This document shows, piece by piece, positions 47,785 to 56,315 of a stretch of 64,000 nucleotides of DNA. A program made the translations under genes and the position numbers. The notes below the pieces were generated by a model that searched no databases, was not told the DNA's origin, and saw only the letters and a program-made list of their open reading frames with translations. This DNA comes from a virus. The stretch is taken from positions 32,001-96,000 of the IMG/VR virus record IMGVR_UViG_3300045973_000529, one strand, 5' to 3'. Within the stretch, counting starts at the first letter, position 1. Every line of letters begins with the position of its first letter.

Positions 47785-48370
47785 TCGGGTAACCTTCAAC
47801 GTGAACGTGTTCGGCACTGCCGCAACACCAACGGTGAGGTGCATCCTGGGTGAAGGTCCTGGGCTGTCGTTCCCAGCGACGAAACTTCAGGACGGACAGT
47901 ATGAAGTTCTCATGGACCTGCCGAAGGACCTGAAAGTGGGTGCGCACCCGTTCAAAGTCGAAGTACTATTGAACGGTCGGCTGTTCACTCCAGTGACTCA
48001 CAGCGTCGAGGTAACAGGCGGAGCCACTAATCCTGTTCCACCTGTTGTTGCACCTGCCGTGCCTGTAGCCACACCAGAGTCCGTGGCTCCTGCACCGACC
48101 GTTTCACTGATGGCCAGTGTCACCGAAACTGGCGCAAAAAGCCGTGCAGCTATTTCAGCACTCGAAGCACTGGCAAAGAAGCCAGTCGAGCAGCGGGTCG
48201 CGCCAAAGCATGAGCCTGTTCGGGCGAAACTCACAATGGCTGACATTGCTATGACAGCGGAAGCCATTGAGCCGACTCGCAAGCCAAAGAAGGCAGCCAA
48301 AGTTCCTGAAGCCATCTGCACTCCAACCGTCCCGGTCACAATGACCAAGGGCGCCATCATCTACAAGTGA
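47762..48370 (+). CDS. Hypothetical late protein (Ig-like N-terminus, Pro/Ala/Lys-rich tail)
   Basis: Track ORF; composition. Confidence 0.7.
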   Translation: MLTLTSTNRVTFNVNVFGTAATPTVRCILGEGPGLSFPATKLQDGQYEVLMDLPKDLKVGAHPFKVEVLLNGRLFTPVTHSVEVTGGATNPVPPVVAPAVPVATPESVAPAPTVSLMASVTETGAKSRAAISALEALAKKPVEQRVAPKHEPVRAKLTMADIAMTAEAIEPTRKPKKAAKVPEAICTPTVPVTMTKGAIIYK

Positions 48371-48380
48371 CATACACATC

Positions 48381-48560
48381 ATGAAGATCCTCAGCGACAA
48401 CGCCGTCTCGAAGACTGAACTCAACGACCTCCTAGCAAACCAGACCGTTCTCCTGAACGAGTGGGCGGTCCAGAAGAACCAAATCACGGACCTGAAGGCA
48501 ATGCTCTTCGCCTCATTCGTCGTGAACATCGTGGTGGCGCTCGTCTGCAAGTTCGTCTAA
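48381..48560 (+). CDS. 59-aa coiled-coil protein with a C-terminal TM segment
   Basis: Not in the track; open frame from MKILSD to CKFV. Confidence 0.65.
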   Translation: MKILSDNAVSKTELNDLLANQTVLLNEWAVQKNQITDLKAMLFASFVVNIVVALVCKFV

Positions 48561-48604
48561 CGCGCGGAGCGTAGCAGGCATTAGCCGACGAATAGCCCGC
48601 CGCC

Positions 48605-48648
48605 GTTACAGACCCGTTCAACACGGGTTCAAGGTTCTGTGGTATAGT
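48605..48648 (+). promoter_or_regulatory. GTTACA box plus extended -10 TG-G-TATAGT
   Basis: Box lies 32 nt upstream of the -10. Confidence 0.65.
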
Positions 48649-48679
48649 GCTCCTATGCACTTCCACAAGGACCTTTCCA

Positions 48680-48898
48680 ATGCTCACTGCTAGCCAAATC
48701 GCTGTCCTCAACGGCGTGATCTCTCGTCTCCAGGAATTGGTCAACATCAAACGGGACTCCGTCAGAGACCTGCTGCAGGTCTACACCGTCGGTGGTCACG
48801 ACGCCGAAGCCGCTCGGGTCCTCGCCGAGACCGAATCCATCGAAATCGCCCACATCGTCACCACCATCACGGAACTGCGCAACCTGCGCGGGAACTGA
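48680..48898 (+). CDS. Hypothetical protein
   Basis: SD aagga. Confidence 0.7.
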   Translation: MLTASQIAVLNGVISRLQELVNIKRDSVRDLLQVYTVGGHDAEAARVLAETESIEIAHIVTTITELRNLRGN

Positions 48899-48899
48899 C

Positions 48900-49109
48900 A
48901 TGACCATCGAAACCAACGTACAAGCCACGCTCGAGTACCTGGATGCGGCCATCGATGCAGCGCATCGCGGCATCGCCTTGGTGCACCAGACGCTCGGAGC
49001 AGCCCGCAACAGCGATCAACGCAAGGGGTCCGAACTCGCGCTGGCCGTGGCAGAACGCCGCCTCGACGAGCTGAAGACGGTCCGCAAGCTGCTGACCAAG
49101 GTTGCCTGA
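48900..49109 (+). CDS. Hypothetical protein
   Basis: ATG right after the upstream stop. Confidence 0.7.
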   Translation: MTIETNVQATLEYLDAAIDAAHRGIALVHQTLGAARNSDQRKGSELALAVAERRLDELKTVRKLLTKVA

Positions 49110-49111
49110 TC

Positions 49112-49435
49112 ATGTCTGAAGTCCTCGATCGTCAAGCCGCGATCCTCACGGCCGCCCGCCACGCTGGTGATCACATCGCCCGCGTCGTGCAGCTGCTCAT
49201 CGACGGTGTTGCCTTCCCGACGGACGGCAAGACCTACGAGGTCTTCAGTCACGAGGGTGACGAGCTCGGTTCCATCACTACCGCCGATCTTGGCTTCGCC
49301 ATCAACCTCATGCGTCGCATGGGCCGCGAACCTGGTAAGTGCAAGCACTACACCTACGACCCAGCCACGAAGACCTTCCCACCGACCTACCAACCAGCTT
49401 TCACTTTCGCGTGGGTTGGTTGGATCGGCCACTGA
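49112..49435 (+). CDS. Hypothetical protein
   Basis: Track ORF. Confidence 0.7.
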   Translation: MSEVLDRQAAILTAARHAGDHIARVVQLLIDGVAFPTDGKTYEVFSHEGDELGSITTADLGFAINLMRRMGREPGKCKHYTYDPATKTFPPTYQPAFTFAWVGWIGH

Positions 49436-49451
49436 ATCGCTAAGGACATCC

Positions 49452-50603
49452 ATGTTCCCGAACATCAAGCATCTCTCCGATCTGGTCCCGCACATCCAGG
49501 ACAACCCGCAGATCCGGGTGAAGGTCGAGCCGAATGGCTTCACCGTCGTGTGCTACATGCTGCAGGACGAGGACACCTTCTCGGGTGCCAACGCCGAGTT
49601 CGCAGCCGAGTGCCGCGGTATCACGTTCGACACGAACGGCAAGATCGCGGCTCGGACGCTGCACAAGTTCTTCAACGTCGGCCAGGAAGACAGCACCCGT
49701 CCCGAGGTGATCCGCTGGCAGGACGTCGTTCGCATCATGGACAAGCGTGACGGATCGATGATCACGCCGGTGCTGGTGAACGGCGGCGTGAAGTGCAAGA
49801 CCAAGAAGTCGTTCGACACCAAGGAAGCGGCCCTGGCCGACGAGATCCTGCACCAAATCGAAACCATCGATGGTGCCAAGGACCAGTTCAAGCTCGAATG
49901 GACGCGCAATCTGCTTCGCTTCGGCTACACGCCGACCTTCGAGATCACGTCACCGAAGTTGCCGATCGTGCTGCTGTACGACAAGGACGAACTGACCCTG
50001 CTGCATGTTCGCGAGAACGTGACCGGCCGGTACCTCGACGAAGACGAGGTGAAGGCGCTCGAGCCGCCGTTCCCGATCGTCGAGAACGTGATGCGGCAGT
50101 TCATGCGCCCAGGCGTGCCGGCCAATCTCGTGTCCTGGGACCTGCTCAAGACCGCGGCCGAGACGGCCGAAGGTGTCGAGGGCTGGGTGATCCAGTTCCG
50201 CAATGGCGATATGGTCAAGCTCAAGACGGCCTGGTACTGCGCGCTGCATCACTCGGTGACCTTCACCCGGTGGCGTGACATCGCTCGCTCGGTGGTTGCG
50301 GATCAGTCCGATGACCTGAAGGCGGCGTTCGCGATGACGGGCCGCTCGATCGAGCCGATCCTGTTCGTGGAACGCGCCATCAAGAACAAGATCGCGCTTG
50401 ACCGTGGAACGGCTGAAGTGCATGCACTTATCGGCACGCTGGGCAAGACGGCCAAGGACATGGCGCTCATGCACAAGGGCCATCCGCTGTTCGGCCAGAT
50501 CATGCGGCTGTTCCGTGGTCAGGAAGTGAACTGGATGGAGTTCTACGAGAAGAACCATCTCGACACCGACTGGTCGCTGGAAGTCGTGGGAGAAGAAGCA
50601 TGA
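49452..50603 (+). CDS. RNA ligase, T4 Rnl1-like
   Basis: ECRG, HKFFN, KRDGS (motif I), FEI, EGWVI, VKLK..WY; SD aagga. Confidence 0.9.
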   Translation: MFPNIKHLSDLVPHIQDNPQIRVKVEPNGFTVVCYMLQDEDTFSGANAEFAAECRGITFDTNGKIAARTLHKFFNVGQEDSTRPEVIRWQDVVRIMDKRDGSMITPVLVNGGVKCKTKKSFDTKEAALADEILHQIETIDGAKDQFKLEWTRNLLRFGYTPTFEITSPKLPIVLLYDKDELTLLHVRENVTGRYLDEDEVKALEPPFPIVENVMRQFMRPGVPANLVSWDLLKTAAETAEGVEGWVIQFRNGDMVKLKTAWYCALHHSVTFTRWRDIARSVVADQSDDLKAAFAMTGRSIEPILFVERAIKNKIALDRGTAEVHALIGTLGKTAKDMALMHKGHPLFGQIMRLFRGQEVNWMEFYEKNHLDTDWSLEVVGEEA

Positions 50604-50929
50604 GCTATCGCGAACGCAGTCACTGGCTTCTCCTCACGCAGGAGGAGCTGAATGCCAAGCCGACTCGTGAGCTGCTCGCCATCCTGCAGTGGGCGCGGTA
50701 CGTGCCGAAGTGCTCTTGCGGTCAGATGCTCGGTGACTGCGACGGTGGCCTGACTGAGGACGAGCGCCAGCGCGTTCAACAGCGCTTCGCGCTGAAGATC
50801 CGTACCAAGACCGCGCTGAACACGCAGTACGACGGCGTCGTTCGCGGTCATGTCCCGGGTCGCGCCGAAGGCAAGAAGATCCGCCGTGATCGTCAAGCCC
50901 GCAAAGAACGCAAGCAATTGGAGTATTGA
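50600..50929 (+). CDS. Hypothetical basic protein
   Basis: ATGA overlap. Confidence 0.7.
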   Translation: MSYRERSHWLLLTQEELNAKPTRELLAILQWARYVPKCSCGQMLGDCDGGLTEDERQRVQQRFALKIRTKTALNTQYDGVVRGHVPGRAEGKKIRRDRQARKERKQLEY

Positions 50930-50930
50930 C

Positions 50931-51143
50931 ATGGCCTGCAACTGTCCCGATGCCGAGTGGCACTACACCTCTCGCTGCGCTGGTGCTCAACGACTGCCAG
51001 CGGCGCAGCCTGCGACGTACCAACCGGCTCGGCCGGCCGAGCCGCGACAAAACATGCTGGCCTGCAAGTGCCCAGATGCCGAATGGCACCACTACGGCTG
51101 CGCCTTGTCTGTGCAGCGCCACCCGTTCACCTTCAACGCGTGA
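50931..51143 (+). CDS. 70-aa protein with a duplicated ACxCPDAEWHxxxxCA motif
   Basis: SD ggag; internal duplication visible in both DNA and protein. Confidence 0.7.
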   Translation: MACNCPDAEWHYTSRCAGAQRLPAAQPATYQPARPAEPRQNMLACKCPDAEWHHYGCALSVQRHPFTFNA

Positions 51144-51148
51144 AGATC

Positions 51149-51445
51149 ATGTCCGAATACACCATCACCCACGACACTGGCATGGAAATCTGGCGCGGCC
51201 AGGCGCCGTGTCCCGAGCAACTCCCGTACGCAGGTGATGTGCTCGAGGTCGTCAAACCGTTCTGGACGCTGGGCGAGTACCAGTACCTCGAAGGCGACAC
51301 GCTGACGCTCGAGCAGCGGACCCGCAAGGCACCCTTTGGCCGGTCCAGCTCGCTCGGGAATTGGATCGTCAAGGACAAGTACCAGACCTCGATCTGGACA
51401 AACATCGAGTGGATGCTGGCTGACGGCATCGTGAAGGTCAAGTGA
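51149..51445 (+). CDS. Hypothetical protein
   Basis: Start moved to ATG 51149. Confidence 0.7.
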   Translation: MSEYTITHDTGMEIWRGQAPCPEQLPYAGDVLEVVKPFWTLGEYQYLEGDTLTLEQRTRKAPFGRSSSLGNWIVKDKYQTSIWTNIEWMLADGIVKVK

Positions 51446-51603
51446 TGATCACCGATTTCAGGGGCGTGGTCGATGACCTCTTCGAGTACCTGTACCGGCA
51501 GCGCGACGATTCGCTCCGTGCTGGCGACATGGCTGGGTACTCTGAAGCCGTCGACGCGCTGAATCTGCTTCGCGACATGGTCGCCAAGAACACAACATCA
51601 TGA
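51445..51603 (+). CDS. 52-aa hypothetical protein
   Basis: Not in the track; TGATG and ATGA overlaps. Confidence 0.7.
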   Translation: MITDFRGVVDDLFEYLYRQRDDSLRAGDMAGYSEAVDALNLLRDMVAKNTTS

Positions 51604-52013
51604 CCACCTTCAAGCACTACGAGCTGGGGTCGCTGAAAGTAGGTGCGCAGCTCGCGCTCTCGAATCGGCTCTACGTCTCTGGTTGGACGTTGTCGAATCT
51701 CTACCGCGACTTCGTCGACGGTTACAGGGCCGAGGGCTCGCAGATCGTGATCGCAAGCCATGGCTCAAATCCAGCAACCCCAGTCGCCCTGGCGCTGTAC
51801 TACGGGCGGGACCATCAGGTCATGGCTTTCACGCGTCAGTCATTCCGCCGTCAGGGGCTGGCGGTCGAGTGCGTCAAGCGACTGAAGAACCTCCCAGAGA
51901 ACGTCGTCGCTGGTGAAGGCATTGATGGCACGCTCGAGTTCTGGCAGAAGGCCGGCATCCCAGCCCACGCCCGCGACTACAACTTTTGGCCAAGAGGTCA
52001 TCGCTTCGAATAG
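51600..52013 (+). CDS. GNAT-like acetyltransferase
   Basis: FTRQSFRRQGLA acetyl-CoA motif A; later EFWQKAG. Confidence 0.6.
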   Translation: MTTFKHYELGSLKVGAQLALSNRLYVSGWTLSNLYRDFVDGYRAEGSQIVIASHGSNPATPVALALYYGRDHQVMAFTRQSFRRQGLAVECVKRLKNLPENVVAGEGIDGTLEFWQKAGIPAHARDYNFWPRGHRFE

Positions 52014-52014
52014 C

Positions 52015-52099
52015 GGTCGGCGACACCAGGAATGCACCAGGGACCCTAGGGTCCCTGAGTTGTTTGGTACTACACCGACACCTTCGAGTGTCGCCGGCC
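52015..52099. other. Structured intergenic element: 12-bp outer stem enclosing a perfect 20-bp palindrome (52038-52057)
   Basis: GGTCGGCGACAC pairs with GTGTCGCCGGCC (one G-U); CAGGGACCCTAGGGTCCCTG is its own reverse complement. Confidence 0.7.
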
Positions 52100-52118
52100 T
52101 GGAACTGTTACATCTGCT

Positions 52119-52143
52119 GAAGAAAGCGGGGCCGTAGCCCCAC
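52119..52143 (-). terminator. phoH terminator GTGGGGC-TACG-GCCCCGC-TTTCTTC
   Basis: C(UACG)G hairpin plus U-rich tail just after the phoH stop. Confidence 0.75.
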
Positions 52144-52149
52144 TGAAAC

Positions 52150-52902
52150 TTACGCGCGACGGCGGACTTGGCCGCCAGCGGAGACGCGCTCTTCAGGCGC
52201 GTCGAGGTGCGTGAGGAGCTCACGCACGAGTTCAGAACGTTGGATGTCGCGATGGGTGAACTGGATCACCTGAATCATGCGTGACTTCCCAGCCAAGCGG
52301 CGCGTCAGCCACTCAAGGCCATTCTCGGCGATACCGCGAAGATCGCACTGAGAACCGTCGCCGTTCACGACGAATGTGCTGTAGTTGCCGGCACGTGTGA
52401 CGAAGAGCTTGATCTGCTCGATCGTCGTATTCTGTGCTTCGTCCAGAATCACGTACGAGTTGTTGAACGTTCGACCACGCATGTACGCGAGCGGCGCGAA
52501 CTCGATCTTGCCGCTGTCCATGAGCTTCTTGGCCATGGTAACGCCGACGAGCTCTTCAAGCGCGTCGAGCAGTGGGCGGAGATACGGACTGATCTTCTCT
52601 TCGAAGGTGCCTGGAAGGAACCCAAGGCTTTCACCTGCTTCGCAGACCGGGCGTGTCAGCACGATCTTGGAAACTTCATTGGACAGAAGCTTCTCAACGC
52701 CAACAGCCATGGCGAGGAAGGACTTACCGGAACCTGCAGGACCATCGCCAATCGTCAGCGGCATTTGGCGCAGCGACTCAAGGTAAAGTTCTTGTGCAAG
52801 TGATTTCGGTTGTGGAGTGAAGCGGAGTTTGATAACCTTTGGACCCTCTTGGGAAATCGGTTGTGGATACTTGTTTTCGCGGTTGAGAAGCTTACGACCC
52901 AT
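52150..52902 (-). CDS. phoH: PhoH-family ATPase
   Basis: GPAGSGKS, LTRP, LGFLPG, PLAYMRGRT, ILDEAQN, GD..Q.D. Confidence 0.95.
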   Translation of the reverse strand: MGRKLLNRENKYPQPISQEGPKVIKLRFTPQPKSLAQELYLESLRQMPLTIGDGPAGSGKSFLAMAVGVEKLLSNEVSKIVLTRPVCEAGESLGFLPGTFEEKISPYLRPLLDALEELVGVTMAKKLMDSGKIEFAPLAYMRGRTFNNSYVILDEAQNTTIEQIKLFVTRAGNYSTFVVNGDGSQCDLRGIAENGLEWLTRRLAGKSRMIQVIQFTHRDIQRSELVRELLTHLDAPEERVSAGGQVRRRA

Positions 52903-52938
52903 GTGATCCTCCTACAGGACTGGGTGATGGCGAACTCG

Positions 52939-53103
52939 TCAGAGCAGGAGGTTGGCCTCCTGATGGCGGGCGATAACAGACAAACGGGCCGGAGTAAAAG
53001 GCTGTGCGACGATTGTTCGCACCTGTTGTAGGGGTTGGCCCTCATCTGCCTCGAGAACGATGCAGGCTTGTTGCTGCACCGGGGAGTTCCTTGTGTTGGA
53101 CAT
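52939..53103 (-). CDS. Possible 54-aa ORF in the phoH leader
   Basis: TAATG overlap with the upstream gene; coding status uncertain. Confidence 0.35.
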   Translation of the reverse strand: MSNTRNSPVQQQACIVLEADEGQPLQQVRTIVAQPFTPARLSVIARHQEANLLL

Positions 53104-53486
53104 TAGTCCTGCTTGTAGGTAACGAACTTCATCCAATCGACGACGTTCTGTTCCTTGTTGTGCAGCATGCACTCACCAGCGGCGAGGCAGTCCAACAGGT
53201 ACTGCGCGAGCTTCACATGCTCAGCGTCCTTCATTTTCAACAGCGCTTCCTTGACTGCGGCTGACGTGCTGTCATCACCGTAGTTCACAGGATCTTCCAT
53301 CTGGAGATCGGCGCTCTTCAAGCCGTTCTTGAAGAAGCCACTGACCTTCGCGAGGACAAACAGCTGATAGGGGTTCGTGACCTTGCCGGCACTGACAATT
53401 TCCTGCAGCGTGAGATCGACGAGACGTGGAGTGTGCGTTGGAGCACCGTACACGGTATCGCTTTCGATCAGTTGATGGAGTTTCAT
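53103..53486 (-). CDS. Hypothetical late protein (MKLHQLIE N-terminus; possible head/internal protein)
   Basis: Late motif at 53514-53521. Confidence 0.75.
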   Translation of the reverse strand: MKLHQLIESDTVYGAPTHTPRLVDLTLQEIVSAGKVTNPYQLFVLAKVSGFFKNGLKSADLQMEDPVNYGDDSTSAAVKEALLKMKDAEHVKLAQYLLDCLAAGECMLHNKEQNVVDWMKFVTYKQD

Positions 53487-53513
53487 AGTGCTGCCGGTTA
53501 GGTTGACGATGTG

Positions 53514-53533
53514 CTATTTAGCCCCGTAAATAG
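53514..53533. promoter_or_regulatory. Back-to-back late promoters (minus CTAAATAG 53514-53521; plus GTAAATAG 53526-53533)
   Basis: Between divergent genes. Confidence 0.75.
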
Positions 53534-53553
53534 GTTGTGCCAAGGAGAGAACC

Positions 53554-53775
53554 ATGTCCGAGACCTTTGTTGATCAGCCTACGAACCCTATTCCTCCGCC
53601 AGACACCTGGCATGAGCTATCGTATAACCAATTGCTCGATGCTAAGACCCAACTTATGAACAAGCTCTACCTGGCCCGCGGGAAGCCTCTGTACCTCAAA
53701 CCGCTGAATACGGCGCTTGAGCGCATCGAGGCCTTCATTGCAGCGAAGCTGCAAGATCCGCGCGGTTTGGGTTAA
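53554..53775 (+). CDS. Hypothetical late protein
   Basis: SD aaggag. Confidence 0.75.
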   Translation: MSETFVDQPTNPIPPPDTWHELSYNQLLDAKTQLMNKLYLARGKPLYLKPLNTALERIEAFIAAKLQDPRGLG

Positions 53776-54026
53776 TGCGCCTTGTAAGTTTCGAGCATGC
53801 GCTCGAGCTGCGCGTGCAGGTTCACTAGATCGGCCGTCAGGCCCTTCGGAAGCTTTCGCTCCAGGACCTGCCCGATGAGGTAGTACGCCTCATCGATGAC
53901 ATCAGCCCAGTCTTGTTCGTCCATTTCATCAGGTGGAACGACATCCAGCAGATACATGTCGTGAACCTCGACTTTCTCGAGGAGCTCCTCGACTGTCGGT
54001 TCATTGGGCTCATTCTTGCTAGGCAT
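53772..54026 (-). CDS. Hypothetical acidic late protein
   Basis: Late motif at 54095-54102 (minus). Confidence 0.7.
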   Translation of the reverse strand: MPSKNEPNEPTVEELLEKVEVHDMYLLDVVPPDEMDEQDWADVIDEAYYLIGQVLERKLPKGLTADLVNLHAQLERMLETYKAH

Positions 54027-54048
54027 CCTGTTCCCCTTACACGTGGCA

Positions 54049-54102
54049 CTAAATACGACAGCACCGTCAACCTAGACAGCCGACCGTGACGGAGCTATTT
54101 AC
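54049..54102. promoter_or_regulatory. Face-to-face late promoters (plus CTAAATAC 54049-54056; minus GTAAATAG 54095-54102)
   Basis: Between divergent genes; the transcripts would overlap at their 5' ends. Confidence 0.6.
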
Positions 54103-54125
54103 CATCAGTCGGCGGAGGTATCACC

Positions 54126-56237
54126 ATGGCTTATTCTCTCTTCTGGCGCTCGCCAGCGCTGCCGTTCACCCAGAAGCAGACCGCAATCAGCGTTCCAGCT
54201 GGCGCGGTAGTTTCAAACGCAGCGTCACTTCGCTTCACCGGCAAGGGTGCGACGAACTACGGCAAGGTTCAACAAGAGAACCTGCTCCGTCTGCTCGAGA
54301 ACTTCGCAGGCCCAACAGCTCCAGACTTTCCAACTGTTGGCCAGTGCTGGTACGACACCACGGAAAACAACCTCAAGGTCTGCATTGCGACCTTGGGTGC
54401 TGGCTATCCAGCGGTCGTTTGGCAACAGCTGAACGCCACGCAAATCACCGGCGTTGGTGATGCACCGCCACCAAATCCAGTGCTTGGTGATACTTGGTTC
54501 TCACGGACTGGCAGCGCCTCTGGCATCATGTACATGTACACTGGCATTGGCCGGTATCCACAGCAAGCGTGGGATGCAACGATCGACTACTGGCCAACAA
54601 CCTCCACCACTGCCGCTGTCAAGCTGAACACCACGACCTTTGCAGGTGCCGTTGGTTCAGGTTATGGTGAAGCCTACGTCAGTGCTCCAGCTTCAGACAC
54701 GAATGGCACTATCAGTGTGCTCGGTGTTACCACTGCACTGCCGCGTGGTATCATCGGAAGCCGTTGGCCTGTGACTGATGCCCTTATTGTCTGGGACCAG
54801 GGTGGCACCATCAGTGCACCGCTTTCAACGTATGTCATCGTACAGCAAACGGTAGATGGTAGCCGCTGGTTCTACGACAATCAGACAACGCTTGTGGAGT
54901 TCACTCCGACTGCCAGTCAGTATGCCATTGGCGTGATCACCGTTGGCGTCCAAGATGACCAGCTCTCGCCTGGTATCACCTCCGCCACGTTGTGGAGCAC
55001 CGCGATGCCTCTCAAGAACATGATGCAGGCTCCAGCTGCACTTGCTGAAGGCGCCATTGGCGGTTGGGAACAGATTTGGCCAACAGTTGAGACCCATGGT
55101 GGTCGTGCTGAGTATGAGTACGTGTACAACCAGCTGGCGCAGCTCATTGGCGATCCAATCATCTTCGGTGGCTCAGGCGCCGAAGGTCGTTCCATTCCGT
55201 GGCTCACCGATTTCCGCGCTCTCGATGCAAGCATGCAGCTCGCGTACACCAACATCACACCGCTCGACACGAACGTATCCGCTGGATCATACACGGTGGC
55301 GAATGGGTTGAACGCATTGAAGGTCGACGTGAACTCCCAGGACTGGGACAAGCTGCTTGCCGCATGCCGTTATGCGGTGAACCGGCTTGAGCTGCCAAGT
55401 GGCATCACTGATGACATTGCCTTTCATCCATTCGTGCAAGACGGCCTGCCTGGGGACCCGAACATCACGGCACTGTCCGGTATTCGTGCAATTCCACGTG
55501 ATCGCCGCCAGCGCAATCGCATCGGCGGTCTGACTGTGTTCTCGTCCTATCAGGAAACACTGAACGTGCTGCGCGCTGCGATTCAAAACCGCTACCTGCT
55601 CAAGGGCATTCTCGAGGCTTCCGGTGTTGGCAACGCGCTGTACACGAATGCGGCCATCACTGCTCAAACAGCGTTCACCGCCACAGCAGCGTCATTCACA
55701 GGAACAGTCACGCACGGTCTCGACTTCGTGTTCACTGATTCGACACCTGACGTCGAACAGTTCTTCCGTTCTGGTGGTGCTCTGCAGTTCATCATCTCAC
55801 ACGTGCCATCTGCATCGCCAACTGCAGCCGACACAGCATTGAAGTCGATCTGCGATACGATGGGCCGCGTCCGGGTGTTGAACAGCTCGACTCTGGTGAT
55901 GTCTCCATCCCCATCCCCAACCGCAACCTTGGCGCAAGCCCCTGGTGCAAGCGGGTTCGCAAACATGACGTCCACTGGTGTGACATTGGCAACAATGACT
56001 AGCGGCACTGCAACGGTTACAGTTCGTGGGTTGGTGGTACAGGTGAACTTCGTGAACACCCGAGCTCGGGTGTTGTTCGACATCACTCCAGGTGGTGCAA
56101 CGACCGGCACGTTCTCGGTGGCTTGGAGCTACATCTCTGACAACGAGATGTACAACAATCCTGGTGCGGTGCACGTCTATCCGGTGCCAATCGCGTATGT
56201 CGCTGCACACAAGCAAGGCTCGGCGTTGTTCATCTAA
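54126..56237 (+). CDS. Virion structural protein (baseplate/fibre-associated)
   Basis: SLRFTGKG..NYG..QQENLLRLLENFA...P..GQCWYD N-terminal block typical of large-myovirus virion proteins. Confidence 0.8.
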   Translation: MAYSLFWRSPALPFTQKQTAISVPAGAVVSNAASLRFTGKGATNYGKVQQENLLRLLENFAGPTAPDFPTVGQCWYDTTENNLKVCIATLGAGYPAVVWQQLNATQITGVGDAPPPNPVLGDTWFSRTGSASGIMYMYTGIGRYPQQAWDATIDYWPTTSTTAAVKLNTTTFAGAVGSGYGEAYVSAPASDTNGTISVLGVTTALPRGIIGSRWPVTDALIVWDQGGTISAPLSTYVIVQQTVDGSRWFYDNQTTLVEFTPTASQYAIGVITVGVQDDQLSPGITSATLWSTAMPLKNMMQAPAALAEGAIGGWEQIWPTVETHGGRAEYEYVYNQLAQLIGDPIIFGGSGAEGRSIPWLTDFRALDASMQLAYTNITPLDTNVSAGSYTVANGLNALKVDVNSQDWDKLLAACRYAVNRLELPSGITDDIAFHPFVQDGLPGDPNITALSGIRAIPRDRRQRNRIGGLTVFSSYQETLNVLRAAIQNRYLLKGILEASGVGNALYTNAAITAQTAFTATAASFTGTVTHGLDFVFTDSTPDVEQFFRSGGALQFIISHVPSASPTAADTALKSICDTMGRVRVLNSSTLVMSPSPSPTATLAQAPGASGFANMTSTGVTLATMTSGTATVTVRGLVVQVNFVNTRARVLFDITPGGATTGTFSVAWSYISDNEMYNNPGAVHVYPVPIAYVAAHKQGSALFI

Positions 56238-56255
56238 CGGTCCCAACTTTCACAG

Positions 56256-56284
56256 TTTACACCTCTGGCACGATACGCTACAAT
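56256..56284 (+). promoter_or_regulatory. Sigma70-like promoter TTTACA-N17-TACAAT
   Basis: Near consensus. Confidence 0.75.
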
Positions 56285-56315
56285 GAACTCTGTCCCACCA
56301 CCAACAGGAAAATTC

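Noticed and set aside
52015-52099. tRNA or CRISPR repeat
   Set aside because: No cloverleaf, TpsiC or CCA pattern, and the element is single-copy with no spacers.
54086-54460. Alternative plus-strand ORF overlapping the structural gene start
   Set aside because: Out of frame with the 703-aa gene, which has an SD (ggagg) and a recognisable virion motif.
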